Source of the DNA: an uncultured Armatimonadetes bacterium
Lineage (GTDB): Bacteria > Armatimonadota > Hebobacteria > Hebobacterales > Hebobacteraceae
NCBI GenBank assembly: GCA_963716175.1
Contig: OY970296.1
Location: 4,352,001-4,416,000 of the forward strand
Reading direction: 5' to 3'
DNA: 64,000 nucleotides
How positions within the stretch are numbered: position 1 is the first letter of the stretch; each line of letters opens with the position of its first letter. Shown here in pieces: positions 20,387 to 28,766 of this stretch. The translations under genes were made by a program, and so were the position numbers. The notes beneath the pieces were generated by a model. The model was given only the letters and a program-made list of their open reading frames with translations, ran no database searches and was not told where the DNA came from.

Positions 20387-21284
20387 ACCGCGGCAGCGCC
20401 TGCTGTCGCACCTGGCGAGACCGCCGGAAGTAGTCGGACCGTGATTCCAGGCCGAACTCCTGGATGATGTCGTGCACCGTGAACTCGTCGCTCTCGGAGC
20501 CCACCGCCCAGCAGGCCTCTCGCGTGAAGAAGTCAATCGAGACCTTGGGGCCGTATTTCGCCAGGATCGCGTCCATCTTCTCCCAGTTCTCGTCCATGTG
20601 CATCAGCCTGCGGTCGAGGTTGATGCGCCGGGTGATGATGCTCTCATAGGTGGATTCGGCCAGCACGTGCCCGGACAGGTCTATGACCTGCCCCAGCTCG
20701 GTCCGCACCGCCGAAACCAGGTAAGCTCCGGTGAGGTAGGCCCAGATGCGCAGCTGCAGCCCTCCCCGGTAGGCCGAGCAGAAGAAGATCACCTCGGCCC
20801 CCGCCTCCCCTGTCCCCTCCATGATCTCCGGGAAGTTGAGATCGAAGCAGATCACGATCCCGAAACGCCCGAGGGGGGTATCGAATACCCGCGGTCCATC
20901 GCCAGGCGTGATCCCGGACTCGATCTCCCCGATAGTCGGGAACATCTTGTGGTATACGCCGGCCACGTCACCGGCCGGACTCACGAGCACCCCCGAGTTG
21001 TACATGCGGCCCTGCTCGCGGGTGTAGAGAGGCCAGACCACGTAGACGCCGTGGCGCCGCGCCTCCTGAGCGATGCGAGTCAGAGAGGGGCCGTCAAGCT
21101 CCTGCGCATGATCCTCAGTTGTGCCAGGGAGGCCGGTGTGATGGTAAGTCTCGGGGAAGGCCACGATCTGCGCGCCCAATCGCGCCGCACGCTGGATGAG
21201 CGCGGCCGCTTCCTCGTGACGGGCGGCGGAGTCCGCGCCCTTTGGGTACTGCGAAACGCTCCCAACAGTGAGATAGCGAGCCAA
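20385..21284 (-). CDS. Carbon-nitrogen hydrolase (nitrilase family)
   Basis: Catalytic E-K-C contexts FPET, YHK, ICFDLNFPE; TTG start after AAGGAGG. Confidence 0.88.
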   Translation of the reverse strand: MARYLTVGSVSQYPKGADSAARHEEAAALIQRAARLGAQIVAFPETYHHTGLPGTTEDHAQELDGPSLTRIAQEARRHGVYVVWPLYTREQGRMYNSGVLVSPAGDVAGVYHKMFPTIGEIESGITPGDGPRVFDTPLGRFGIVICFDLNFPEIMEGTGEAGAEVIFFCSAYRGGLQLRIWAYLTGAYLVSAVRTELGQVIDLSGHVLAESTYESIITRRINLDRRLMHMDENWEKMDAILAKYGPKVSIDFFTREACWAVGSESDEFTVHDIIQEFGLESRSDYFRRSRQVRQQALPR

Positions 21285-21307
21285 TGGTACCTCCTTGTCA
21301 GATGGGA

Positions 21308-22327
21308 TTAGAGGAGTGCGCCGACCAATTCCTCTCCGTGCGCCTCCAACCATTGCAGGGGGACCTCCAGATCGCGGCTGATGAACCAGGCCCTGCGCTC
21401 TGGCGGCACCTTCGCTGATCCCTCCAGCCGCTCTGCCAGCCATCGCGCGCGCAGCGCGAGCGGAATCGCGCGCACCTCATCGTCTGCCAGGGGGGAAAGC
21501 TCCCGGTACGTGCGTAGGAACAGCAGGGCCCCGTCCATGTCCGGCTCGACCGCCTCGGTCATTGACTGGATGCTGGAGCCGTCGAACTCCTCGCGCCGGG
21601 TGGCGAAGTACAGGACCCCGTCTGCCAGGTCGCGACTCCGGGTGTGCTCACAGGCCCAGTCGAGGTCGAAGATGCCAGCCATCTGCCCCGAGTCCGAGTA
21701 GAGGAGATTCCCGGGATGGTAGTCACCATGGATGAGCCACCGCGGCAGCGCGTCGTAGACCGATGCGTCGTAGGCTGTGGCCAGGCGCCTTGCTTCCGCC
21801 ACTGTGTAGGTCAGCTCGGGCTCGCCGCGGGCGAACTGCTCGAAGGCGGCGGCCATCAGCTCGGGGTCATCCATGCGCTCGCTGCCGCCGACGTCGGGAG
21901 CAGCGATGGCGAATTGCGCCGGGATAGGGTTGTAACAGCCTCGCGCCGGATAGTCGGCGGCAGCCTGGTGAAAACGGGCCAGCGCACGCGCGGTGGCGAT
22001 CAGCTCGTCGCGGCTGTACCCGAATTGACGCCCCTCTACGAACGGGTAGAGCTCGAATGCCCGACCGTGGGCGAGCACCCAGGTCTCACCCGACTTGGTC
22101 GTGATCGGCGCCGCTGTCGGGACCCCGCGGGCCAGGAGATGCCGCCGCAGGCCATGGTCGAATGCCATCGCTTGCCGCGAGCTCGTGCGCAGCCCTCGGC
22201 ACCGGAAGAAGTGGCGGCCCGTGGCTGAACTGACACGCCAGCACTTGCCAGCGGTCCCGCCAGCTACGACTACCTCTCGAACCTCACCGATCTCGTAGTT
22301 GGCAAGCACCTCCGGCAGCTCGACCAT
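21308..22327 (-). CDS. APH / type II homoserine kinase-like phosphotransferase
   Basis: IHGDYHPGNLL, IFDLD, ALARFH. Confidence 0.85.
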   Translation of the reverse strand: MVELPEVLANYEIGEVREVVVAGGTAGKCWRVSSATGRHFFRCRGLRTSSRQAMAFDHGLRRHLLARGVPTAAPITTKSGETWVLAHGRAFELYPFVEGRQFGYSRDELIATARALARFHQAAADYPARGCYNPIPAQFAIAAPDVGGSERMDDPELMAAAFEQFARGEPELTYTVAEARRLATAYDASVYDALPRWLIHGDYHPGNLLYSDSGQMAGIFDLDWACEHTRSRDLADGVLYFATRREEFDGSSIQSMTEAVEPDMDGALLFLRTYRELSPLADDEVRAIPLALRARWLAERLEGSAKVPPERRAWFISRDLEVPLQWLEAHGEELVGALL

Positions 22328-22629
22328 CAAGGACCCCTATCTGCCTGTCGCGCCTCTTCCCATGTTCGGCGGAAGCGGCCGGTTCGGGTTCACGCATTCG
22401 CCGTGCGCGAGATCGTAACCTCTGCTCCAGGGCGCAGTCGGACTGTCGGGGGAGTTGCCCCGAGCGCTGCCGACAGCATCCGGCTTCCGGGTCAGGAAGA
22501 GTGACCCCGCAGCAGGAGACCCGGCCATGCAGGGCGCACTATGGCTCCAGAGAATAGACAGCCCCGCGAGCGGGGCGAATCTGCCGGGAGCGCAGATAGC
22601 GCTGAAGCTCCTGGCAGCGAGGAGGTCAA

Positions 22630-23658
22630 GTGTTCGAGAGGATCTTGGTCACTGGTGCGAGCGGCCGGCTCGGCTCGAATCTCGCGGCGCGATTGGTGCG
22701 AGAGGGCGAACGAGTTCGCGCATTGATCCTGCCCGGGGATCCGGCGGAGAAGTCACTCGCGGGCGTTGATGTCGAGAGGGTGTACGGAGACCTGCGCGAT
22801 GAGAAGGCAGTGGGCGAGGCGATGGAGGGCTGCGACGCGGTTGTGCACGCAGCCGCGGTCATGAGTGACCGGGGCCTGACGCCACACGCCTTCTTCGACA
22901 TCAACTGCCGCGGCAGCTTCAACGTGTTCCAGGCGGCTGCCGACCGCGTCAACCGCATCAAGCGCTTCGTGTACCTGAGCAGCACCTCCGCCTATGCCGT
23001 GGAGAATACCGGCCCGGTTATCCGAGAGGACAGCCCGCTCAACCCGCTCACGCTGTACGGGACCACGAAGGTCGCGAACGAGGCCCTGCTGCGCACCTTC
23101 CGCTATCGCACAAACCTGCCGTGTGTCGTGCTTCGTCCCAACTTCATCATGGCCTGCGACGAGATCCTGGAGGGCTGTCGGGTCGGCTGGGTCACCGGAG
23201 TGCTGAGAAGCGCGGACACACGGTACACCTGCTACAACCCGGAGGCGGTGGAACCGTGGAAGATCGTCGAGCAGGCCGCGCCGGACCCAAAGCAGCGCGT
23301 CATCCCCTACGGCCCGGGGCGGCGGCCGTGGACCTGGCACGTGGTTGACGTGCGGGACGCAGTTCAGGCAGTGGAGCTGGCGCTCGCCAGGGAGCAGGCC
23401 GTCGGAGAGACCTTCTGCATCGCCGGTCCCGAGCCCATGCGCTGGGACAAGGCCGTGAAGCACCTCTGCAAGCGGCTGGGCGAGGAGTACGTCGAGGTGG
23501 ATCTGCCCAACCTCTGGCACTTCGAGTTCGACCTCACCAAGGCGCGGGCCGTTCTTGGCTATGACCCCAAGTATACCGTCGAACGGATGATAGACGACGG
23601 TATCGCCTTCCGAAGCGGCCAGGACATCGGCGTGATCCCGCCGGCGATTGCGCACTAA
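22630..23658 (+). CDS. NAD-dependent epimerase/dehydratase (extended SDR)
   Basis: LVTGASGRLG, YGTTK; RBS GAGGAGG. Confidence 0.9.
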   Translation: MFERILVTGASGRLGSNLAARLVREGERVRALILPGDPAEKSLAGVDVERVYGDLRDEKAVGEAMEGCDAVVHAAAVMSDRGLTPHAFFDINCRGSFNVFQAAADRVNRIKRFVYLSSTSAYAVENTGPVIREDSPLNPLTLYGTTKVANEALLRTFRYRTNLPCVVLRPNFIMACDEILEGCRVGWVTGVLRSADTRYTCYNPEAVEPWKIVEQAAPDPKQRVIPYGPGRRPWTWHVVDVRDAVQAVELALAREQAVGETFCIAGPEPMRWDKAVKHLCKRLGEEYVEVDLPNLWHFEFDLTKARAVLGYDPKYTVERMIDDGIAFRSGQDIGVIPPAIAH

Positions 23659-23758
23659 GGAGCTTCGCCGAATGAAGTAACACGGCGAAGCTCAAGAAGC
23701 GGCCCAGACAGGCACAGGGCGATGTTCGCACATTACTTCGTTGTGCGAACATCATTAG
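23655..23758. mobile_element. Double-hairpin miniature inverted-repeat element (third copy)
   Basis: Ends CTAAGGAGCTTCGCCGAATGAAGTAA and (rc) CTAATGATGTTCGCACAACGAAGTAA, each followed by its own inverted arm. Confidence 0.7.
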
Positions 23759-23772
23759 ATTGCCCGCCGATC

Positions 23773-23801
23773 GTGGCAGGAGCGGCCGCTCCTGCCCAAC
23801 A
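23773..23801. repeat. REP-like palindrome GTGGCAGGAGC-GGCC-GCTCCTGCCCAACA
   Basis: One mismatch from 20344-20372. Confidence 0.7.
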
Positions 23802-23809
23802 CTGAGGTC

Positions 23810-24583
23810 ATGACTGGAGTGTCAAGCGCGGCTGTTAGCATCCGCGTACCGGCGGGAGGCTGGGGGAGGGCCCGCGTTGAGGACATCGCCGCGGTCCTCG
23901 AGTCGGCCGCGGGCGAGCTGATGATGCACGCCCCTGGGCTCCCACCGATCGCGATCCTGGTTGAGCCCGCGACCGGCCATCCTTTCACACTCTATGGCAG
24001 GACCCAGGACGACGAGCACCTGGTGCGGCTGAGTGCAAGGGGCAGACACTGGTACCAGTTCGTCTACGAGTTCTCGCATGAGCTCTGCCACATCCTGTGC
24101 GACCATGCCCGGTACCGCTATCGCGAAGAGAGGTGGTTCGAAGAGAGTCTCGGTGAGCTGGCCTCCATCTTCACGCTCCGGCGCACGGCAATCTCGTGGC
24201 GGCAGTCGCCCTCACGTCCGGATTGGGCTCGCTGTGCCAGTGACTTGCAGGACTACGTTGACGATCTGCTGGCGGAGAGCCACAGGCAGTTGCCCCCAGG
24301 CATGCAACTCAAGGACTGGTACCGCGCCAACTCGGAGTACTTGCGCCTCAATGCCTGGGATCGCGAGAAGAACGAACTGGTCGCCAGCTGTCTGCTGCCA
24401 GTATTCGAGGAAAGGCCAGAGATCTGGGAGGCGATCCCGCATCTCTACCCGCGGGTCCGCCGTCCCATGGAGAGCTTCGAGGCCCTGGTGGCGGGATGGC
24501 TGCGGCGCACCCCTGCAAGACTGCGACCACCCGTCAGGACCGTCGCCGAGCATTTCGGCATAGTGCTGGAGGTGACGGCCTGA
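23810..24583 (+). CDS. Hypothetical protein with HEXXH zinc-metallopeptidase motif
   Basis: YEFSHELCH followed by WFEESLGE (gluzincin-like spacing). Confidence 0.65.
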   Translation: MTGVSSAAVSIRVPAGGWGRARVEDIAAVLESAAGELMMHAPGLPPIAILVEPATGHPFTLYGRTQDDEHLVRLSARGRHWYQFVYEFSHELCHILCDHARYRYREERWFEESLGELASIFTLRRTAISWRQSPSRPDWARCASDLQDYVDDLLAESHRQLPPGMQLKDWYRANSEYLRLNAWDREKNELVASCLLPVFEERPEIWEAIPHLYPRVRRPMESFEALVAGWLRRTPARLRPPVRTVAEHFGIVLEVTA

Positions 24584-24630
24584 ATCGCGGCGGAGGCCGC
24601 CTCGCCTATCTCGGCGGCAGGGGGCCCACG

Positions 24631-26280
24631 CTACCGCCAGCCGAGCGCGGTCAGCACCTTCCCCCAGCGCGCTTCCGTGGCCGCATCGTTGCACACCGGC
24701 TCGAAGCCCAGCTTCAGGTAGGTCTTGATGGCGGCGAGGCGCCAGTCATCGGTCAGCAGATAGACGCACTGGTATCCCGCTCTGACGTAGCGATCGAGCG
24801 CGGCGGAGCAGACTGCCAACCCGAGGCCCCTTCCTGCGTGGTCGGGGTCGCCTGCCACCCAGCAGAGCTCGCCGCCGAAAGGGTAGCGAGGGGTCGGATT
24901 GTGTGTGGCCATGGCAGTCGCCACCAGAGTGCCAGTGGCAAGGTGCTCGACAACGAAGAAGCCCCCGGGGAGGATGCTCGATAGCATCCGTTCGAGCTGC
25001 GCCTCATCCCAGTGATCGAAGCCGGCCCGGTGCATCAATGCCAGGTACTTCTGCCTGTCCTCAGGCCGGTACTGCCGCAGGTCGTAGCCAGGCGGCAGCT
25101 TCGGACTCGGTGGGCTGGCCAGCAGACGCTGCGGCCACACCATCTGCAATTGCTCCCGCGGCTCCTCCTCGCTCCAGGTGCGGGAATCCGGCACGGACAG
25201 CCATCTGCCTCCCCTCGCAATGGACTCCTGCGACACCAGCCCGGGCAGCGTCATGTCCATCGCTTCGTGGATCCCGACCGGCGACGGGATCTCCCCCCGG
25301 ATAGCTCTGACGAAGTCCAGCACCTCGAAGTAGTCGCCGCCCCAGTGGCCGGTCGCCAGCACCTCCGGACTGGGGTTCAGCCAGCTATCGGGCAGGTACT
25401 GGGCGGCGAGGGTATCCGGGTCGTGCCACTCGATCTCACGGCTCAGCGTGCGCAGCCAAATCCTGTCGGCATCAACGGGGCCGCCCCGGCTCGATTCGTA
25501 GGCGCCATCTGTGCCCTGCAACTGGTAGTTCGTCATGGCGTGGGGACGGTCCGAGACCATATCCACGCGAATCTTCACCAGCGCCCCAGTGCGCATCTTG
25601 CACAACATAACGGAGGTATCCTGATGGTAGTACTCGCGGCGTGGGTCCTGGTAGTGACGGCCGCTCCCCTCGCAGCAGACGCGCTCCACCCGGTCGCCCT
25701 GCATCCACTGCAAGATGGGGCCGAGGCTGTGCGTGCCGTAGGTGATGCCGTCTATGCCGGTCTGCCACCTGCGGCGCCAGGGCGTGTCCTCATTGAGCTG
25801 CTTCAGCTCGTGCAGGTATTCCCCCTCGGCATAGTAGAGCGTTCCGAAAAGCCCCCGCCGCACCAACTCCCTGATGAGGACGTTGTTCCGCGTATAGGTG
25901 TAGTTCTCGGCCATCATGTAGACGGCCCGAGACTGGCGGGCCGCCGCCACCAGGCGGCGGCACTCCTCCACGCTCACGCCGGCGGGCACTTCGCAGAGCA
26001 CGTGAATGCCGCGCTCCAGCGCCAGGATGGACTGCGGGACGTGGAACTGCATGGGCGTGTTGATCACGACCGCATCGAGGCGCGACTGGTCCAACATGGT
26101 GGCGCAGTCGGTGAACTTCTCCGAGGCCCCGAGCACTTCGGCGGCTTCGTCGAGGTTCTCCTCGTTGGTATCACAGACGGCCGCTATCCTCGCCCCGTTT
26201 GCACGCAACGCGGAGCGGAAGGAGCGGCCGCGCCCGCCGGCGCCCACGACTCCTACCTTGATGGCTTCAGGTCCAGGCAT
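24631..26280 (-). CDS. Gfo/Idh/MocA oxidoreductase fused to a C-terminal GNAT acetyltransferase
   Basis: VGVVGAGGRG, CEVP, MAENY, YYAEGEYLHE, GHWGGD; C-terminal DPDHAGRGLG...AIKTYLKLGF. Confidence 0.88.
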   Translation of the reverse strand: MPGPEAIKVGVVGAGGRGRSFRSALRANGARIAAVCDTNEENLDEAAEVLGASEKFTDCATMLDQSRLDAVVINTPMQFHVPQSILALERGIHVLCEVPAGVSVEECRRLVAAARQSRAVYMMAENYTYTRNNVLIRELVRRGLFGTLYYAEGEYLHELKQLNEDTPWRRRWQTGIDGITYGTHSLGPILQWMQGDRVERVCCEGSGRHYQDPRREYYHQDTSVMLCKMRTGALVKIRVDMVSDRPHAMTNYQLQGTDGAYESSRGGPVDADRIWLRTLSREIEWHDPDTLAAQYLPDSWLNPSPEVLATGHWGGDYFEVLDFVRAIRGEIPSPVGIHEAMDMTLPGLVSQESIARGGRWLSVPDSRTWSEEEPREQLQMVWPQRLLASPPSPKLPPGYDLRQYRPEDRQKYLALMHRAGFDHWDEAQLERMLSSILPGGFFVVEHLATGTLVATAMATHNPTPRYPFGGELCWVAGDPDHAGRGLGLAVCSAALDRYVRAGYQCVYLLTDDWRLAAIKTYLKLGFEPVCNDAATEARWGKVLTALGWR

Positions 26281-26295
26281 TCACAGCTCCTCTAC

Positions 26296-26340
26296 GGCAG
26301 GAGACAAGTCGCCTGAGGCGACTCAAGCTCCTGCCCTACA
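26296..26340. repeat. REP-like hairpin (rc TGTAGGGCAGGAGC...CTCCTGCC)
   Basis: GGCAGGAG/CTCCTGCC stem enclosing GTCGCC-TGA-GGCGAC. Confidence 0.55.
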
Positions 26341-26374
26341 TGGATTTCTCCGAAGGCGGGGGCGCTGTCCGATA

Positions 26375-27754
26375 TCACACCCTGCAAAACTCAGAGCCGA
26401 TGGCCTGAGCGAAGCGCTCGATCTGCGAGGCGACGTGGCCCCGACAGAGCGCAAGATGGTGGCTGCCGCCGGCCTCGCTGTAGGCGGTCAGGAACTCCGG
26501 CAGGGGCTGCGGCGGCTTGAACTTGTAGTGCGGCGCTGCCAACGCGGGGTAGAGGGGGGAAGGCGAGATCTCCCCTTCACACACCACCCAACGCAGGCGC
26601 CCTGCGGGGCCGACGGTGAGGCTGGCCAGCGTCACCGGGCCGGGCTCCGACTCGAACAGCAGTACGCCCGGCATGGCGCCCGCTCCCACCAGCGAGGCCG
26701 TAGCCACGAGTCTCGGACGGCCGCGGGCGAACTGCGGGTTCGCCTCACCCATGTGGCTCATGAGCACTTCGTCACGCTTCCAGTCCGGGCAGAACATCTC
26801 TGTGAATCCCGCGCATCCAGTGAGCGCATGGAGTGCGGTCACGGCGCTAGCGGCCAACGCATCGGCCTCGCCCCCGTAGCCCACGCCCTCCGCCATCAGC
26901 CGCGACACGCCCGCAAACGGCATCACAGGGCCTGGCGGCAGGTGATCGAAGATCAGGAACGAGAATGCGACGGCGCCGAGCCGGTGGTCAGACACGATCC
27001 TCCGGACGGCACGCTCCGCTCGCGCGGTGGCGCGGAGATCCTCCGCGCCAATCCGCCCGGTGTCGTACAGGCGCCTATACTCTTCTGTCAGAGGCTCGAT
27101 CTCCGGATCGGCCACCGCTTCCCAGGCGGCGGCGAATTCGCCGGGCGCGAGGTCAACCACTTCCGGCCCGGAACGCAGCAGCGCGGTGGTGTCCACGGCC
27201 AGGTCTCCCATGCCTGGAAACACCGACCCCACACGGCCCACGCGGAGCGCGCGCCACAGCCTCGCCGCGCTGGCGGCGGCCGCGCACTCCGCTACCTTCG
27301 ATCCGACAGCAGCGTCCTCCAGCAGGCCGCTCACTATCCAATGTGCCTTCCCCACGCGCAGCAATACGTTCGCCAGATCCTGCACGCCGTGGATGGCGTG
27401 GTTCTCGAGGTAGTCACTCGCACTGATATCCGGCCCCATGTCCACGCGCGGGGTAGTGTTGAGCAGCAAGATCGGCAGGCGGGTCCGGAGGAGTGCTGGG
27501 AGCGCAATCCAGCTTGGCGTGTAAGAGAGCAGGAGCACGATCAGGAGGTCGGCACCCTCTGACTCGGCCTGCGCGAGCGCAGCGTCAACGGAGCTGCGAT
27601 TGGCGCAGATCCCCGGATTGTGGACGGCGCCGTGCCGCTGCAGGAAGGCCGCTACTCGCTGCAAGAAAACCTCCTGCGCCGGCCTCAGGCCGGGGCGCCA
27701 AACGTCGTATTGCTCCATCAGCAGCGGAAGCAGAGCGATGCTGGCGTTAGCCAC
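26375..27754 (-). CDS. L-arabinose / L-fucose isomerase family protein
   Basis: NHAIHGVQD, FPGMGD, GYGGEAD, FTEM, SHMGE, GGSHH; GTG start overlapping the upstream stop. Confidence 0.82.
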   Translation of the reverse strand: MANASIALLPLLMEQYDVWRPGLRPAQEVFLQRVAAFLQRHGAVHNPGICANRSSVDAALAQAESEGADLLIVLLLSYTPSWIALPALLRTRLPILLLNTTPRVDMGPDISASDYLENHAIHGVQDLANVLLRVGKAHWIVSGLLEDAAVGSKVAECAAAASAARLWRALRVGRVGSVFPGMGDLAVDTTALLRSGPEVVDLAPGEFAAAWEAVADPEIEPLTEEYRRLYDTGRIGAEDLRATARAERAVRRIVSDHRLGAVAFSFLIFDHLPPGPVMPFAGVSRLMAEGVGYGGEADALAASAVTALHALTGCAGFTEMFCPDWKRDEVLMSHMGEANPQFARGRPRLVATASLVGAGAMPGVLLFESEPGPVTLASLTVGPAGRLRWVVCEGEISPSPLYPALAAPHYKFKPPQPLPEFLTAYSEAGGSHHLALCRGHVASQIERFAQAIGSEFCRV

Positions 27755-28766
27755 GGCCTCCCTCCTGAACCGATGCAATAAGCCTCTGGGCATTGTCCCA
27801 GAAGATGGCGCTGATCTCCGCTGGTTTGAGGCCGGCCGCATCTGCTCCCTTGAGCAAAGCCCGTACGATCTCGTAGGCGAAGAGCGTACAACGCACTTCG
27901 TACGCCCCGGGCTCGACGTGTATACTCCAGCGGTGCGGGCGAGCCGTGAAGAAGTGGCGCTGGCCGTTCACCGAGATCAGCTTGCCCTTCTCCTGCGCGA
28001 TAGGGAGGTCCAGGCCGAAGAGGACGCGATCCCGCGGGAACGTGGAAAGCGCGCGGGCCATCACCTCCCAGTCCTGCACCATCGAGCAATCGGCCCACAG
28101 GTTCGGGATGGTGCAAACCGCGTCGAAGTACTTCATCGCCTCCAGGAAGTAGCTGCGACCGAGATGCGCCAGGACGAAGCGCGCATGCGGCGCCGCCGAA
28201 CAGACCCGGTGAAGCCCCTCGACATTGCTCGCATCGGCCAGGCGGCCCGTTCGGGGAATGTGGGTCATGACGATGAGCGCGTGCCGGTCAGCCACGCGAA
28301 GCATGGCCGGCGAGATCATGTCTGTCAGCTCGACGCTGTCGAGCGAATCGCCCGCGAGATACCAATACGGTTTGAAGCCGACATGCCCGAATCCCACCTG
28401 ACGCTCGAGTGTTTGCTCATCCCACCGTGGGGGTGCAAAGGCGAGCGTCCGGTAGCCCAACGCCGCCCCTTCTCTGGCCAGCCGCTCCCCCTGGCGCTGG
28501 AAGTCCGTGTGCCGGTCGCCAGCGCCGAACACCAGGCCCCCGACCTTCCTGCCGGGGAAGAGGCTCTGGTGGACGCTCTGCAGCGTCGGCATCGGGTATT
28601 CTTCGACCACGGACGGCGTCGAAGGATCGCTGCTCTCCTGAGACCGATGCTCAACTGCCAGCCAGGAATGGGCGTGCGCGTCGTAGATGCGATCGGGGAG
28701 GCGAGGTGAAAGCTCCTCCTCCCATACCTTCCGGTCTATCTCGTCATAGACGAAGGACTCTGTCAT
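27747..28766 (-). CDS. Amidohydrolase family protein
   Basis: DAHAH, GFKPY, LAHLG, VLFGLD. Confidence 0.85.
   Translation of the reverse strand: MTESFVYDEIDRKVWEEELSPRLPDRIYDAHAHSWLAVEHRSQESSDPSTPSVVEEYPMPTLQSVHQSLFPGRKVGGLVFGAGDRHTDFQRQGERLAREGAALGYRTLAFAPPRWDEQTLERQVGFGHVGFKPYWYLAGDSLDSVELTDMISPAMLRVADRHALIVMTHIPRTGRLADASNVEGLHRVCSAAPHARFVLAHLGRSYFLEAMKYFDAVCTIPNLWADCSMVQDWEVMARALSTFPRDRVLFGLDLPIAQEKGKLISVNGQRHFFTARPHRWSIHVEPGAYEVRCTLFAYEIVRALLKGADAAGLKPAEISAIFWDNAQRLIASVQEGGRG

Noticed and set aside
22337-22625. Structured ncRNA in the kinase/epimerase divergent region
   Set aside because: Only short GC hairpins, with no recognisable family motif or second copy.
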